From: Camelus dromedarius
Lineage: Eukaryota
DNA length: 64,000 bases
Direction: 5' to 3'
Assembly (NCBI RefSeq): GCF_036321535.1
Contig: NC_087436.1
Coordinates: 58,220,001-58,284,000 of the forward strand
The position numbers were made by a program, and so were the translations under genes. Numbering within the stretch: position 1 is the first letter of the stretch; the number at the start of each line of letters is the position of its first letter. This document shows positions 15,022-28,942 of the stretch, in pieces. The notes under the pieces are model-generated. The model was not told the origin of the DNA. It saw nothing but the letters and a program-made list of their open reading frames with translations, and did not search any database.

Positions 15022-15199
15022 AGAGAGAAAGAAACTGTCATGTCTCATGACCTATTTTGCTAGTATGTTCTTTTTGTTTCATAATGTCATAGTTATTATT
15101 TGTATAAAATTTTAATCTGAGGAATATTCTAGATACAACTATTTGTCTCCTCTGCATATTTAATTTTTCTCTTTTACTTGTGTTGATACTGATACTTAC

Positions 15200-15330
15200 T
15201 TGATACTCTGGAATTTTGCATATCACATTTAAGATACTCATCACTGAAAGAAAGTATACTAAAAGTATAAATGGGTAGCAACTTTTATCAACATTATGCT
15301 GCCCAAATCGTTCTTTCCCTTTGAAGTCCT
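15200..15330 (-). other. Candidate 131-nt exon of an unidentified gene
   Basis: Minus-strand acceptor 'tttcatttgctcattttcag|' and consensus donor 'CAA|gtaagt'. Exactly one frame is open (DFKGKERFGQHNVDKSCYPFILLVYFLSVMSILNVICKIPEYQ). Peptide not recognised. Confidence 0.3.
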
Positions 15331-15843
15331 CTGAAAATGAGCAAATGAAACACTTCATCTGTATGCACAGTATACAGATAATGCAGAAGGAATTAGATAA
15401 GAAAATCCCATTGTAGACCAAACTTATAATAATCAGTTTGGCTTCCTCCAGATCAAATGAAATGAAAGTAAATCTGATCTTAAACGTTTAAGGAAATTAC
15501 AGATATTGGGAGGTGATCATGTAACCTGAAAATAAGAAAAATGAATTCTTATAGCTACAAAAGATGATTGGTTCTACAGATAATACATAATTGACACTTT
15601 GCTTTGAAATTCCATATTCTATTCAACTGCATTCCTTTATGTCTCACAACATATGTCATAGTTATGTTCATCTCTGGACCTTTACCCATGTTTATTGTCT
15701 TTCCTGAAATGATTCTGCCTTTACTCTCTGCCTATCTAAGTATTAAACATTTTTCAACTTCAGTTACAATAATGACTTCCTTCATTTGAGTTAGTCATTT
15801 AATGTTCCATAAATATTTGTTTTCTTTTCTGCAAAATATAGAA

Positions 15844-16131
15844 CTTTTCTTCTGTTGAAAAATTTTTCCTCTAGTTTTATTGTGGTATAATTGACAGATA
15901 GCACTCTGAAATTTAAGGTGTACAGTATAATGATTTGACATACATACATCATGAAATAATTACCACAACAAATTTAGTGAATAGCCATCATCTCACACAG
16001 ACACAAAATAAAAGAAAAAATGTTTTCTTCATGATGAGAACTCTTAGGATTTACTGTAAACAATTTTCATATATAACATACAGCAGTGTCAATTATATTA
16101 ATCATATTGTACATTATATCCCTAGTATTTA
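15844..16131 (-). mobile_element. LINE-1 3'-end fragment (older subfamily)
   Basis: Antisense L1 3'UTR 'ttttattgtggtataattgac...tttaaggtgtacagtataatgattt'. 17-bp TSD with one mismatch, ttctgcaaaata(t/c)agaa, at 15827-15843 and 16132-16148. Confidence 0.8.
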
Positions 16132-16897
16132 TTCTGCAAAATACAGAATTTTGGAAGATCAAGCAAAACATTCTAAGTAAAATTATTTTGTTAATTTTAA
16201 AATGCTGTCCAAATAATAATCATTATATTACTTGGTATAAAGGAAAATATATAGCCTAATGATGGAGACAGACAAATAAATGGCAATTATAAAACAAGAT
16301 ACATACTAGAAAAAACCTCAGCATAAGGTACTATGGCTCTTGAAGGAAGAGTACCTAAGTCACGTTGGGAGCAACAGATGAAAATAATTTTATTATTGCT
16401 TCACTTAATATAATCCTTTAATATAGATAAGAACAACATAACCAGCAAGTCTCCAATGTTTGCATATTTTTTAAAAAATTTCTTATGTAGAAGGAAGGTT
16501 TCTAGTTCTTTTAAGATAGATTTTATAAAAAGCTGAACAAATCATCCTTTAGTTTCACAGAGAATGAATAGGACTCTCTTAAGATGATGGCAACATCCTT
16601 TGTTTTGACTTCTGTAAATGTGTGTGTAAGAAGGAGAGAGAGAAAGAGAATCCCAAATACAATTTTCAGAATTGAAAAGAAAAAAAGAATCTGAAAAGTT
16701 GGGAAAAGAGCTAAAAGTAAAATTATATAAGGATGGACGTTACCTTCTTTAAAATACCAGATAACTGGATTTTTACAGGCTAATAGCACTTTAGAGGATC
16801 TAAATTCAGAATTTCCCAAACTGTGTCTTCAAAATACAGTTTATCAGTAGGTATTTCTCCCAACTACCTATCCTCACTCCTACCATAGGAATATATA

Positions 16898-17780
16898 ATT
16901 TTTTTAAATAGACCTTACTTCTAGAGCAGTTTTAAGTTCACAGCAAAATTGAGCAGATGATACAAAAACTTCCCATATATCCCCTGACTGCACACGTGCA
17001 TGGCCTCCCCCATTATCAGTATCCCCCACGAGAGTAGAACATTTGTTACAATTGATGAATCTACAGGGATACATCATAATCTCCCAAAGTCCACAGTTTA
17101 CATTAGGGTTCACTCTTGGTGTAGTACATTAAATGAGTTTGAGCAAATGTGTAGTAACACTTATCTACCATTATAGTATCATACAGACTATTTTCACTGC
17201 CCTAAAAATCCTCTGTGCTCTGCCTATTCATCCATCTTCCCCTACAACCCATGGCAACCAATGATCTTTTTACTCTCTCTCTAGTTTTCCCTTTTCCAGA
17301 ATGTCATATAGTTGGAATCATGTAGTATGTGACATTTTCAGATTGGCTTCTTTCACTTCGTAATATGCATTTAAGGTACCTCCATGTCTTTTCATGACTT
17401 GAAAACTCTTTTCCTTTTAGTGCTAAAATATATTCCATTTTCTGGATATGCCACAGTTTACTTACTCACTCACCTATGAAAGATATGTTGGTTGCTTCCA
17501 AGTGTTAGCAATTATGAATAAAGATGCTACAGACATCCAAGTGTAGGTATTGTGTGGACATAAGTTTTCAACTTCTTTGGGTAAGCACCAAAGAGCTAGA
17601 TTACTGAACTGTATGGTAAGGTGTGTTTAATTTTGTAAGAAACTGCCAACCTGTCTTTCAAAGTGATTGTACTATTTTGTATACCTACAATTAATGAATA
17701 AGAATTCTTACTGCTCTACATTCTTACTAGCATTTGGTGCTGTCAGAGTGCTGGATTTTGGCCAGTCTAATAGGTGTATC
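16898..17780 (-). mobile_element. Ancient L1 (L1MC/L1MD-like) 3' region
   Basis: 'tagagcagttttaagttcacagcaaaattgagcag...cattagggttcactcttggtg...ggttgcttccaag'. Homologous to 33280-33600 and, inverted, to 24400-24775. Confidence 0.8.
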
Positions 17781-18139
17781 GTACTATGGCATTCCTTGAA
17801 AAAAGATGTGGTCAAATTCATCTGTGAAAGCTACTTGAAATGCAATAAATATTTTTGCTGCAGAAATTCTAAGATCCAATGTTAATGTACACTGAGAATC
17901 TCTGAGAGAAGGATGTCTGTATTTCCCAAATGTATTTGATCAGAGTTCATTTTTTTTAAGAATTTCTATTAACATCTAAAAGAGAACCTTTGGTCTCAGA
18001 AAAAAATAAGAAATGTCAATTTATTCCATTCCTTGTTTATTTATTATTCTGTTTTATTTTATTTTTGTATAAACAAATAAGATAAGGTCAAGAGAAGTTA
18101 AAAAAAAAAAAAACTTCCCAAAGTCACATAGTAATCTGG

Positions 18140-18365
18140 TAAAAGAGGTATAGCATAGTTTTAAAAGAGTGTACTCCAGTACTAATATGTTGTATAAACA
18201 TAAATTTATTAGCATCTCTGTTTCTCAGTTTTATCATACGTACAATAAAGATAATAATAGTACATATCTCATAGACTTATTTGGAGAGTAAATGAGTTAA
18301 TATATGTAAAGCTTAGAATAGCTTTGGCACACAATAAAATCAGAAGAAACATTAGCTAATATTAG
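18140..18365 (+). mobile_element. MIR SINE
   Basis: 'ctctgtttctcagttttatcat...ataataatagtac...tctcatag...taaatgagttaatatatgtaaagcttagaatagc..tggcaca'. Confidence 0.75.
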
Positions 18366-19135
18366 TGTTAGTAATAGAGTTGAGGCAAGAACAAATGACC
18401 AAATAAAGCTGAGTAATGTAAATTATTATTCCAATCATTTTTTCATTTTAAATGTTAACTGCTAACCTAGCAACAATAGTACCAAAAGTGTTACTAAATT
18501 AAGTTATTAAATTTAGGTTCTAGCCTATTTATAAAATAGACTTCAACTAGGACACTTATGAATAAACTGTAAGTACTTGACTTTCCCAAATGCTGTTGCA
18601 TTTGCCAACTCACAAAGGAATTCTGATGTATTAAGTTACATGATAGTTGGAACTTTTGAGCTTTCAGTTTTCCAATTCTCATTTTAGTCATGACTAGAGA
18701 ATACAAATTTAAGAAGTCTTACGTGAGAATACTAAGGAAATAATTTCCTACACAAAAGAAAATTATATTAATATTTATATCCTAAACTTCCTTATTATTG
18801 TAGGCTGAGTATGCAGAATCATCTAATAACTTAAATTTTTATTTTTTATTTTATAACCAAACTAGACCACAACAGCCTCTGCAGCTTTTTTCTTTTAAAC
18901 ATTATATAAACAATTTAGCATTCAGCTCATAAATCGCTGGTATTAGTGTCTGTTATAATTTTAAATCTTAAAACTAGAACTGTTTGTGCATATGCAAAAA
19001 TTGTTTATCTCTAAACCAAAGCCATTCTGAAAAAATATGTTATATAAAAATAGAACAGACTATTTTGCTATATGATTTACTTACTTGCATAGCATAATAA
19101 AATTATCTGTCAACAAAAAAACTAGATAAGCTAAG

Positions 19136-19604
19136 TATTATGAGTTGAATTGTGTCCACCAAAAAGGTATGTTGTCCTTGTGTCTATGTTAGGGCTTGGG
19201 TTAGGACTGTAGCCTTTTTGGAAACAAGATCTTTGCAGATGTTATCAAGTCAAGATGAGGTCATTAGGGAGGGTCCTAATCAAATTTGACTGGTGTCCTT
19301 ATAAGAAGAGGTAAATTTAAATGTGAACACACACAAGGAGGAGTACACTATGTGAAGACATGGACACCAGGAAGTCAGTCCTGTGCAGACAAAAGCAGAG
19401 ACTGGAGTGATGCTGCCACAAGCCAAGCAATGCCTGGGGCTACCAGAAGCTGGAAAAGGAAAAGGAGAATCCATCCCGAGAGGCTTAAAAGGAGTAGACA
19501 TGTATTTCATACTTCTTGCCTCCAGAATTGACAGAGAATAATTTCAGTTGTTTAATCCACCTCGCTATGTTACTTTGTTAAAACAGCCCTAAGAAATGAA
19601 GACA
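19136..19604 (+). mobile_element. MaLR solo LTR (MLT1C-like)
   Basis: 'gttgaattgtgtcc...ctttgcagatg...aagatgaggtcatt...tactttgtta..cagccctaagaaa'. Perfect 5-bp TSD ctaag at 19131-19135 and 19605-19609. Confidence 0.88.
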
Positions 19605-21189
19605 CTAAGATAGTATTGCTATATATCTTTTCACATAAGATAGAATAAAAATGTTTTCATATATGCCGACTTAACAAGTCTAACACATGTGACTGTGTTC
19701 CAAATGGAAGTAAAAAACAAAATGCTCTGGATGTCTTTTCACTGAATTTAACATGACACAGACATAGAGGAAAGGTCATTATGGAAGGAAGGACAGGGGT
19801 AGGTGGAAAAGATATCTGAAGTACTGGAGATACAAATTTTTCTTATACTATATGAGTTATTTACTATTAGGAAGAGTATCAACTATTAGGAAAAGATAAA
19901 ATAAAAATGGTATCAAAATAATACATTTCCTTCCCTATCTTTTCTATGTTTACCATTATATCTATATTTATTATTAGGCCTTTATTTATAGATGCATTGA
20001 AGCTCTGTGATGTCATAACAAATATGCATAATATCTAGCAGGCACTCCAGGAAAATTCTTGAATTTCATCATACTATTTTGGTTACAAAGTGATACCGAG
20101 TTCCCCCAAATTGGAATTCTCACTACAAAAACAGAGATAGAATGCCAGCTTTAGTTAACCACCATCAATTTGTTGCTTTGTTTTTACCTCCCTTAATTTC
20201 TGTAGGGGAAAATGCCATTATATTAAGAGGAATCAACACCAACAATTCAGAGGCTCTTTCAAGCCAGAATACAAAGTCTCTACAAAAGATCCTTTTATTA
20301 CTTTGTTAACAAATATTACCTTCAAAACAGGTAGCCAGCAGTACATTATTCTATCTGACCTCTTTGATCTGTGGGAGAAGTCTTAGTTTTCTTACTTGAA
20401 CTATATTCTCTGTAAGATCTCTTTCAGATTCAGGTAAGTGTCTGCATATTAATGCAATACAAACGTGCAGCAACAGCACCACTCCTACTGAGTCAGAACT
20501 GTTCTGAGGCCCTATTTCTAATGTGCCCCCACCAGACTAAAGGAGCCCAGTGATGACAAGAGTTAGCACCAGGGCGATATCCCTACAAACAGATAATGCG
20601 ATGAAGAAGGCACCTAGCCTCTTTATTTGTCCATACATCACATCTTGTGATATCAGCTTGCCCTGCTGTTAGAAAGCACTAGTTCTTTCTCTGTCATCAA
20701 ATATGTATATGGGAACTAATTACTGTGGGGTTACAGGGTCATATTCTGACTGTTTGTCTCTGCTAACCATGGACTACTCTTGAAACCTAGAGAAGATTCT
20801 GGACACAATGGAGACTTAAAAGCTTCAGGAAGAGAGAACAGAAACAGGCACTATGGGAAACACTACAAGGAGGGTTGACACTCCAGCAGAGTCCAAGGTG
20901 AAGAAGACCTTCAATCTCATGGTGACCAAAAGGAGGGGCCAACAACCAGGCATACAACACAGATGAACACCTTCAGCATATTATGATTGCTCCCCTACTC
21001 TGCTTTTGTAACACTAGGGAGGAATTATGATGCCCAGGCTAAAGCTGCCCCTCCACATCTCGACCTAGAAATACCAGAACATGACCTGTTTTCCTCTCCC
21101 CTATACTTCAACACAGAGGTAGATTTTGAGACAAGATAAAATAAAGTTGGATTGAGCACAATGAGTAGACTTCAGAGCTGTCAGGAATC

Positions 21190-21340
21190 TCTGTGGAAAG
21201 TGTTGAAAATGTTAGTTATCTTGATTGTGGTAGTAGTTTCATTGGTGTATATATAAATCTATCAAAATTCATCAAATTGTACATCTGAAACATGTGTAGT
21301 TTACTGTACAGGAATCTTACCACAATAAAGGTGTTAAAAA
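21190..21340 (+). mobile_element. Ancient L1 3' terminus fragment
   Basis: 'tatcttgattgtggtagtagtttc...aaaattcatcaaattgtaca...caataaag'. Confidence 0.65.
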
Positions 21341-21739
21341 ATAGCTCTTATTAAACTGGTAAAAAAAAAAAATGAGTGGGCAGATGTAAGAAAAACCACA
21401 AAACATAGTTCAGTACCCCAGGAAATGGTTACCTCTTAGGTCTGAAGGACTGATGGGAGAGAGTAGTTCCTAGAATCTAGAAGAAACAACTGTGTAGAGA
21501 GGGCCTCACGATGGATGTTATAATCTCCAGCCAAAAGACAGCCAAGTGACAGTGATCCACAGAGAAAAAGCTAAGAGAAAAAATATCCCCATTTCATGTT
21601 CTTCCCTTGGCAAAATATTCAGGATGCCAAAGAGCAAAATCCTATTGTTGTAGTCCATATAGTACACCTTTCCAGGGCACAGAGCAAAGAAGAAAGAGGT
21701 GTCGGAGTATTCATAAAGTAAAATGAAAGTTATTCAGCA

Positions 21740-24350
21740 CACTAGCCAAAATATCACTTTCATGAAAGGGAAAAAGACATGTTTTCACATGCAATGAATA
21801 CACAAAATATACCATCCCTACCAATATTTAAGATAAATAATGCAGTATTATTTTCCATACACAAAAATTAGGTTAAGATAATGAAAGATGATGAATACCA
21901 TAAGAGCAGTAAGTGATACATTTTATATAATCCCTAGTTAAATATAAATTGATGAGAATGTCACTGAGATCTGTAATACACATACTAAGAAAGGAATTTA
22001 TAAAATATAGTAAATATATCTTACATTATTCTAGGAAGACTTATTAATAGTTTGAAGCCATACTTTAAAACTATTTAACAGAATTCAGAAGTAGGAGAAG
22101 AAAGAGAGTTAGGATTGAAGCATCTAAACTTTCTATCTTGATGAGGGAAATGAGCATTTCAAATACCTTGGCAAGGGGCACAGTGAATTTTTTCACTTTT
22201 ATATTTCAGCACAGAAATCTAGATTTAAACATAACTGTTAGAATGAAAGTCATTAAAATGAAGTTGATGAAACAACAAAATTAAGTAAAAGAAAATGGCA
22301 ATTTTTTCTTTATCAAGAAAGCATAATGAAAGGAATAACAGCAAAATATTATTTTTCAATAAATATAAATGCTATAAGTAACCCCATTAAAAATAAAGAT
22401 GCAAAGTCAAAATCTAGCCAGTGGCTATTTATAAAATCGTACCCAAAACACAAATCATAGAATGAAAATAAAAGGATGATGATGATATAAGGCCAATTTA
22501 AGATAAAGAAGTATGAAAGAGAGCAGAAAGAGAGGTAAAGTGTTAGGTAACTTAGTATATAAGCCCAGAGTCAAAAACAAACAAACAAACAAATAAATAA
22601 ATAGTTTGCAATAATAAAAGATATAATTCTGAAAGAATATAAAAATCATTATTGTTGTATATCAAACATAATGATGAAAAACTTGAGATGAAAATACCCC
22701 GATATGAGATTGTGACAGAGCCAAAATAATTGCCTGAATACATCATTTCAGTTTTTTAAATAAAAAGTAAAATTATATAATTTTAGTAATAATTAACAAC
22801 ATCTTTTAATTGCTATATTTGGAATCTTATGGCTTTCATGACCACTAAATATTTAGAAAAAGAACTGCATATTTGACCACACACACTTTAAATAATTCCA
22901 AAATTTATTTATTTTCAGTTAAATTCTTTGATCATGTAACAAAGTAAAAATACTTAAAAGCCTCTTGGAATTTAATAATTATGCCTCTAAATAACCAGCA
23001 GATCAAGGAGTAAAACAAAATGGAAGTTATAAACTATGGAAAAGTGAACAACAAGGAAAAAAATCTATCAACAGCATAGAGCCAAAATTACTCTGGTTTC
23101 ATAGCAGAGTCCTAACCAATGTTTAAGGAACAGGTGAGCCTCATGATAGTCAAACTTACTCAAAATATTTTTAAAGAGATGAAAATATTCCTAAATTATT
23201 TTAAAGCCCTAATAACATCAAATAAAATAGGAAAAAAAAACATTTATAGGCTGTGGTCATATATTAATGTAGATGAAAAACTTCTGAATAAAATACTACA
23301 AGTCCATCCCAGAAGTGCAGTAGAATAATGCAACACAGCCAAACAGATTTAAGCCCCAAACACAAGCATTGTTCAGTATTAAGAATTTCCTGAATATATT
23401 TTCATGCAGCAATAATTTTAAGGATGAAAATCTGTACTTGTAAAGTATGTTTTATATTAGATAAAATTCAACAGCTAGTCATAATTTTAATAAGTTCTAA
23501 GTAAAACAGATTTTAAAAATTAACAGAAATAGTTATATATGATTTTTTAAATTTTTTTTTACATAAACTCATGTTAAATTCCAAAATGTTAAAAGCATTG
23601 TCAAAAAAAAAATCATGACAAAAACAGGAATGCTAGGACTTGATGACTGTTTAAAACTCTGGGAAATTCTATCAAATCCAACAACTCAAGAAAACAAGCA
23701 GTATAAATATTGAAAAGAAGAAAAATTACCTTTAATTTTCTGATGACACGATATACACCACTAACATTCAAATCCCTCATCCAAAACAAAGATACTTACA
23801 TAGAAAAACAGGAATATAGCATTTGTATGAATATAGTATATGTGTGTGTAAACCTATGCATACAATATATATGTATTTTATTATATATGCATTAAAAATG
23901 AAAATCAGAATTAAATCTCATTCATGTTTGTGGCAATATCCAAAATATCAGAGCAAAAATTCTAAATGCCAATGCTCCAAAAGTGATGTTTAATTTTAAA
24001 CCAATTCCAAACAAAATATCAATGAGTTTGTACGTGAATTTACGTGTGTGATGAGATTAGAATAGTATTTCAAAGTTAATTTTATCAATAGAAATGGGAA
24101 AGAATTTTGAAGTTGTTTTCCCAAAGGGAGAATACTATAGAGCCATTTTCTCTACTTTATTTGAAAACTTACTATAAAGCTACTACAACCAAAACAGTAT
24201 TGCATTCTCAGGAGAATTAAAAAAAAAAATAGAGACAGGAAAGAGAATAAATAGGTGCTCACAAGTAGATTCAGTATACGTCAGGATTAATTACATAATA
24301 AATGATACTGTTGCAATGGACTGTTCATCTAATGGAATATCTTTGGATTT
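21740..24350 (+). mobile_element. Highly degraded ancient L1 (L1M) ORF2 remnant
   Basis: A-rich. Residual peptides YRLWSYINVDEKLLNKIL (cf. L1 YRPISLMNIDAKILNKIL) at ~23245-23300 and LKTYYKATTTKTV at ~24160-24200. Confidence 0.7.
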
Positions 24351-24399
24351 TCTGGCAACAACAGTGACTATGATACCATCCCATGTAAGAGTAAAGATA

Positions 24400-24775
24400 T
24401 TATAACATAAAACACAGCTAGGAAAGTGTTAGGGGAGAAAGAGGGATAAATGGACAGAGCACAGATTTTTTAGGACAGTGACAAACAACTCTGCATGATA
24501 CACTATGTGATAAATACATGTGATTATACCTTTCTCAAAACTGCTAAAGTGTACAAAACCAAATTTGAACCCTATTGTAAAATATGGGTTTGGTGTGATG
24601 TTTCAAGGTAGGTTCATTAACTGTCACAATGTACCATTCTGGCAGGGACTGTTGATAGTGGGGGAGGCTGTAGCTGAATGAGGGAAGGGTGTCTATGGGA
24701 ACTCTCTGCACTTTCTTTTCAATTTTGCTGTGAACCTAAAACTAGTCTGACAAATGAAGTCTATGTTTTTTAAAA
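24400..24775 (+). mobile_element. L1MC/L1MD-like 3'UTR
   Basis: Reverse-complement homolog of ~16900-17260 ('ttttaggacagtga...aattttgctgtgaacctaaaact'). Confidence 0.75.
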
Positions 24776-24905
24776 AGCACAATCATAAAATGATTAAAAG
24801 AAAAACAGGAGAATTGTAACCTTGGGACAAGACAAGTAAAACAGAAACTACAATGAAAACACTGGCATATTTGATAGCATAAAATTAGTAAAATTTTATA
24901 TATAT

Positions 24906-24907
<2 letters not shown>

Positions 24908-24945
<38 letters not shown>
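24908..24945. repeat. (TG)n microsatellite
   Basis: Direct read. Confidence 0.95.
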
Positions 24946-24948
<3 letters not shown>

Positions 24949-24999
24949 ATTAAGGGACTAAAAGGAACAAGATGATATCCACTGCATAACTTTTTGGAC

Positions 25000-25230
25000 A
25001 TGGACAATGGAGAAAGATTACCCAGGTTTAAAACTTGGCTATGTTCCTTACTACCTTTGTTACCTAGAGATTGTTGTTTAATTTTCTTCAGTCTCAGCTT
25101 CCTAATCTATCTAATGATGATAATAAAAAAATCTGCCTTTTTTTGGTTGTTTTGAAGATTACATGAGTTAATACATGTAAGGTAACAGAAAAGTGTTTGA
25201 CACTTATTTAAGCTCTGTAAGTTAGCCTAT
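25000..25230 (+). mobile_element. MIR SINE
   Basis: 'ccaggtttaaaacttggct...cttactacc...tctcagcttcctaatctat...gaagattacatgagttaatacatgtaagg'. Confidence 0.7.
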
Positions 25231-25849
25231 AAAATTTATGCACTAAATTTACCATATGCTTATACTTTTTTCAATTAAATTATTTTATAAATGAATATTC
25301 ATGTGTAAATACGGTCAAGGTATGCAGTTTAAGTGAAGAAATTGATTTGAAAACAGAACAATATGTTTTAAAAGAAAACAAAAATTTACGTGCCAAAATA
25401 GAGGTTTTAATTATTCATATGCAATTTTTAAACCAAATTTGGATTTCAAGAATTGAAGACAGAAGCAGAAATGTTTTGCTCAGATTACTGTACAAATCAA
25501 TTAGTTGCATAAAGAAATAAAAAAAATTTATCCATATGGTTAATATGCAATAAACTTAGCATAACATTATGAACATATGTTAAACTTTTAAAACAAGATG
25601 CATTACAAGTCTAGAAGTGATTCACAGGATAAATAACTGACAAGGAGATGATGCATTGGGAAATACTTCTAGCACTTGAATGCGACAGTATGTATTGGAT
25701 GTATTTCTCAGGAGCTCACTCATGTGCCTCACTTGGTTCAGTATTTCTTAGAGACGACATGTTGCATGAAGTACAACACTGTAATGCATCTATGGATAAT
25801 ATGCATTAGTGAAAAAAGCTTGTATTTTCCCTTTTGTGTAATAATAATA

Positions 25850-26090
25850 AATCAGGAGATAGCTAGGAATTTTATGTGCATACAATTTTGTATGTATTCT
25901 AACCAATGCAACAACCATTCAAGGTAGGCACTGGTTATCACTGTTACCAGATGAGAAAACTGAATCTAAGAGAGGTTAAGTAATCAAGCAAAGTTACAGT
26001 TAATAAAAAGTGGGGCCATTATTCAGATATAAATCATTTTTTCCGTGTTTTAAGACTTCAATCTAGGACTTTGACCATCATGCTATTATA
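25850..26090 (-). mobile_element. MIR SINE
   Basis: 'cagatgagaaaactgaatctaagagaggttaagtaa'. Confidence 0.7.
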
Positions 26091-27191
26091 TAGGAAACAT
26101 TTGGGAAACAATTTGTGTCTACATCTGGCCAAGAGTGACCTAAACATCACCTCTGAATCCTGACAGTCCAGTGTACCAGAACTTGCTGTCTGGCTTCATG
26201 CCTTTCTAGACTTTTACCTCCCCTGTTACATATTGAGGGTAATAGTCTTCCCATTACACTTAATGCTTTGTTTATGAATGCTTACAAGTATCAAGTTATT
26301 ATGATACTAATTCTAACAGTCTGTAAAGGGCAGCAATATAAAAATACTTTGTTGTTGTTCTAAACCATATCTATGCAAAGTAAACTTCTCCCTCAATTGA
26401 TATGCCCTATTCATTGATATATGAGTTTCACTGATATATGAGCTACTTGCTTACACTGTTATTTTAGCATCTTGGATAAATTCACAACATTGATTCACTT
26501 ATAACTTTACTTCCTTGCTCCAACATTATTATTTCTCATCCTGCAGGTACTTTCTCAGGTTGCTTTCACTAGGTATGTTACCTGTGTTTCTTTCTTCCTT
26601 TTAAAAAATTTTGTGTTAATTTGTTTTATGTTATTTTAAATATTATTTATGTTATTTTCTTTGTTGCTGACATTTACTTTGCTATGTCAGCTCCCTGTTT
26701 AGTACAACTGTAGAATTTTTAAATTCTATTTTAGAAAAATGGTATTAGGGATCAGAAACTCAGGTTCAAATATCTAATCCACAGGTATCCTTAGCTGACT
26801 TACTCAAGTTAAATTACCAAATATTAGTTTTCTTTCTTGATATATAAAATAGGGTATTGGTATTACCTAATTAGAGTCATATCTGAAGATCATATAATTT
26901 GGTATATGAGAAGAAATTGTTAAAGATAGAATGCAAATAAAATTATATTAATTATAGCAAATTGTTCATTCAAATATATTATTTACTAAAGTCTTACTAT
27001 GTGCAAAGATTATGCAAGGTGTTAAGGATAGAGTGAAAGAAAATATGTTTATTTAAGCATAATAGGTATTAAAAAGCTGAGTGGATAATTGTTTAAATAC
27101 AATTGTGCTAAATGATACAGAGAATTAGAGGTTACTTAAGCGCATATAACAGAAGAATGTGACCTAGTCTGTTGGGAAACGTCTTCCTCAT

Positions 27192-27592
27192 TGTTATAGG
27201 CTGAATTGTGTTCACTTAGAATTCATACATTGAAGCCCTAATTTCCAATACTTCAGAATGTGACTGTAGCTGGCAATAGGGCCGTCAAAGAGGTAAGTTA
27301 AAACGGCTTGTTAGGGTGGATCCTGATTCAATTTGACTGGTGTCCTAAGAAGGAATTTGGACACAAAGAGACATCAGGGATACATATTTACAGAGAAAAA
27401 GACATTTGAGGCCACAGCAAGAAGGTGGCCATCTGCAAGCCAAGGAGAGAGGCCATGAAAGTCAGAAGTCAGAAGACAACAAGACTGATGACATTGATCT
27501 TGGTCTCAAAACACTCAAAATGGTAAAAAATAAGTATCTGTTACTTAAGCCCCCCCAGTGTGTATATTTTGCTTTGATAGCCCCAGAAAACA
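27192..27592 (+). mobile_element. MaLR solo LTR (MLT1B-like)
   Basis: 'tgttataggctgaattgtg...aattcatacattgaagccctaa...gaaggtggccatctgcaagccaaggagagagg'. Perfect 5-bp TSD ctcat at 27187-27191 and 27593-27597. Confidence 0.88.
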
Positions 27593-28321
27593 CTCATAAA
27601 TTATTTTTTAAATGTACATTTTAATTTCTATCTCAGTTAACTCATGGTCATGTAAGTTTCATACAAAATGCATATTCCTTGCTGACTTTGTAACCCTATG
27701 CCCTAGTCGCAGAGCAAGTACAAAAAAGGAAAACAGTTACTTTGCAGTCCTATATCTATCAGGTAGGAACAGCAATCCTATATACTTAATTAACAGTTCA
27801 ACAGTGAGTACTGCAATATTGTATAAAGTAGTTGATGAATCTGGGTTCATAAAGGAAGAAGGATTTAGAGTAGTTTCTGATGAATGCAAATTTTAAGAGG
27901 GAAGGATCTCTGAAAACAAACTCATATTTCAAAGGAAGCCTGTCAATCTAAGAAATTATCTCCAAAGCTCTCTTATGGAACATATATATGCAAATTAATC
28001 CCAAGTTCCTGGTACTGGTGCCTTTAATTCCTGCACATTCATGATAATACTGGGAAGACATCACAAGGGGAAATCTTGACTGACTTTAATACAAAAAGCA
28101 TTCAATCCTAGAGCCATATTTATAGCAATGTTGACATGTTTGTCTTGTCATTTTTTTCAGTACTTCTTGATATAACCCTATTTGATTTACACATTTTTAA
28201 TAGCTCATCAGGCATAACTGTCACTAAATGCTGCATAAAATTAAAACACAGTAATTAGGTATTAGACAAGATGTTAAAATTATGATTTATTTTCATATAT
28301 ATGTGATGATATGTCTGAAAC

Positions 28322-28385
28322 CAAAATATCTAGGTTGAAATATCAAAATATCTAGGTTGAAATGTCAAAATATCTAGGTTGAAAT
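28322..28385. repeat. 22-bp tandem repeat, ~3 copies (caaaatatctaggttgaaatrt)
   Basis: Direct read. The copies are nearly identical. Confidence 0.95.
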
Positions 28386-28942
28386 TCTTAAAGTATAGGA
28401 AGTGGTGTGTCAAATAAGTGGTTCTGAAGCAAAATAATAATAATAAGGACTTTTTAAAAAGAAACATTTTTAAAATTTCCTAATTGTAATATTTCTTCTT
28501 TAAACAAGTACTTTTAAAGACTAAATTCAAGGATATAGGCTATTACTTTCTCCATCAAAATAACTATTTAAAAAAGAAGGCAGGAGGAAATCCATTAAGT
28601 GTTGCACACTTGACCTAAATTATTCTATTAGATTTAACCGTTTCACCTTAAGTGCTTTGAAACTTAAATGTAAGTGATAATGTTTGGATATATCAGAATA
28701 TCAGAACAGAGAATACTCAGTTCCTTCCTTTTTCTATTTTTTTTTTCTTTTCCTTTCCCTTTTTCCCCCTCTGCTTACCCAGTTACTTCTGGGACAGTAT
28801 TTATTTCACCTTAAGGCTAACTTTTTTTCCCCTTTTGGTAATCTTTGGCAGTTTAGGGAGTCATCTAGGCAAACTATTTGTCAATGAGGATAAATAATTC
28901 AATTTACATGTTTTGTTTTATTTATTAAATTTATTAAATGAT

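Noticed and set aside
28322..28385. CRISPR-like repeat array
   Set aside because: The repeats are directly adjacent with no spacers, there are no cas genes, and the context is mammalian.
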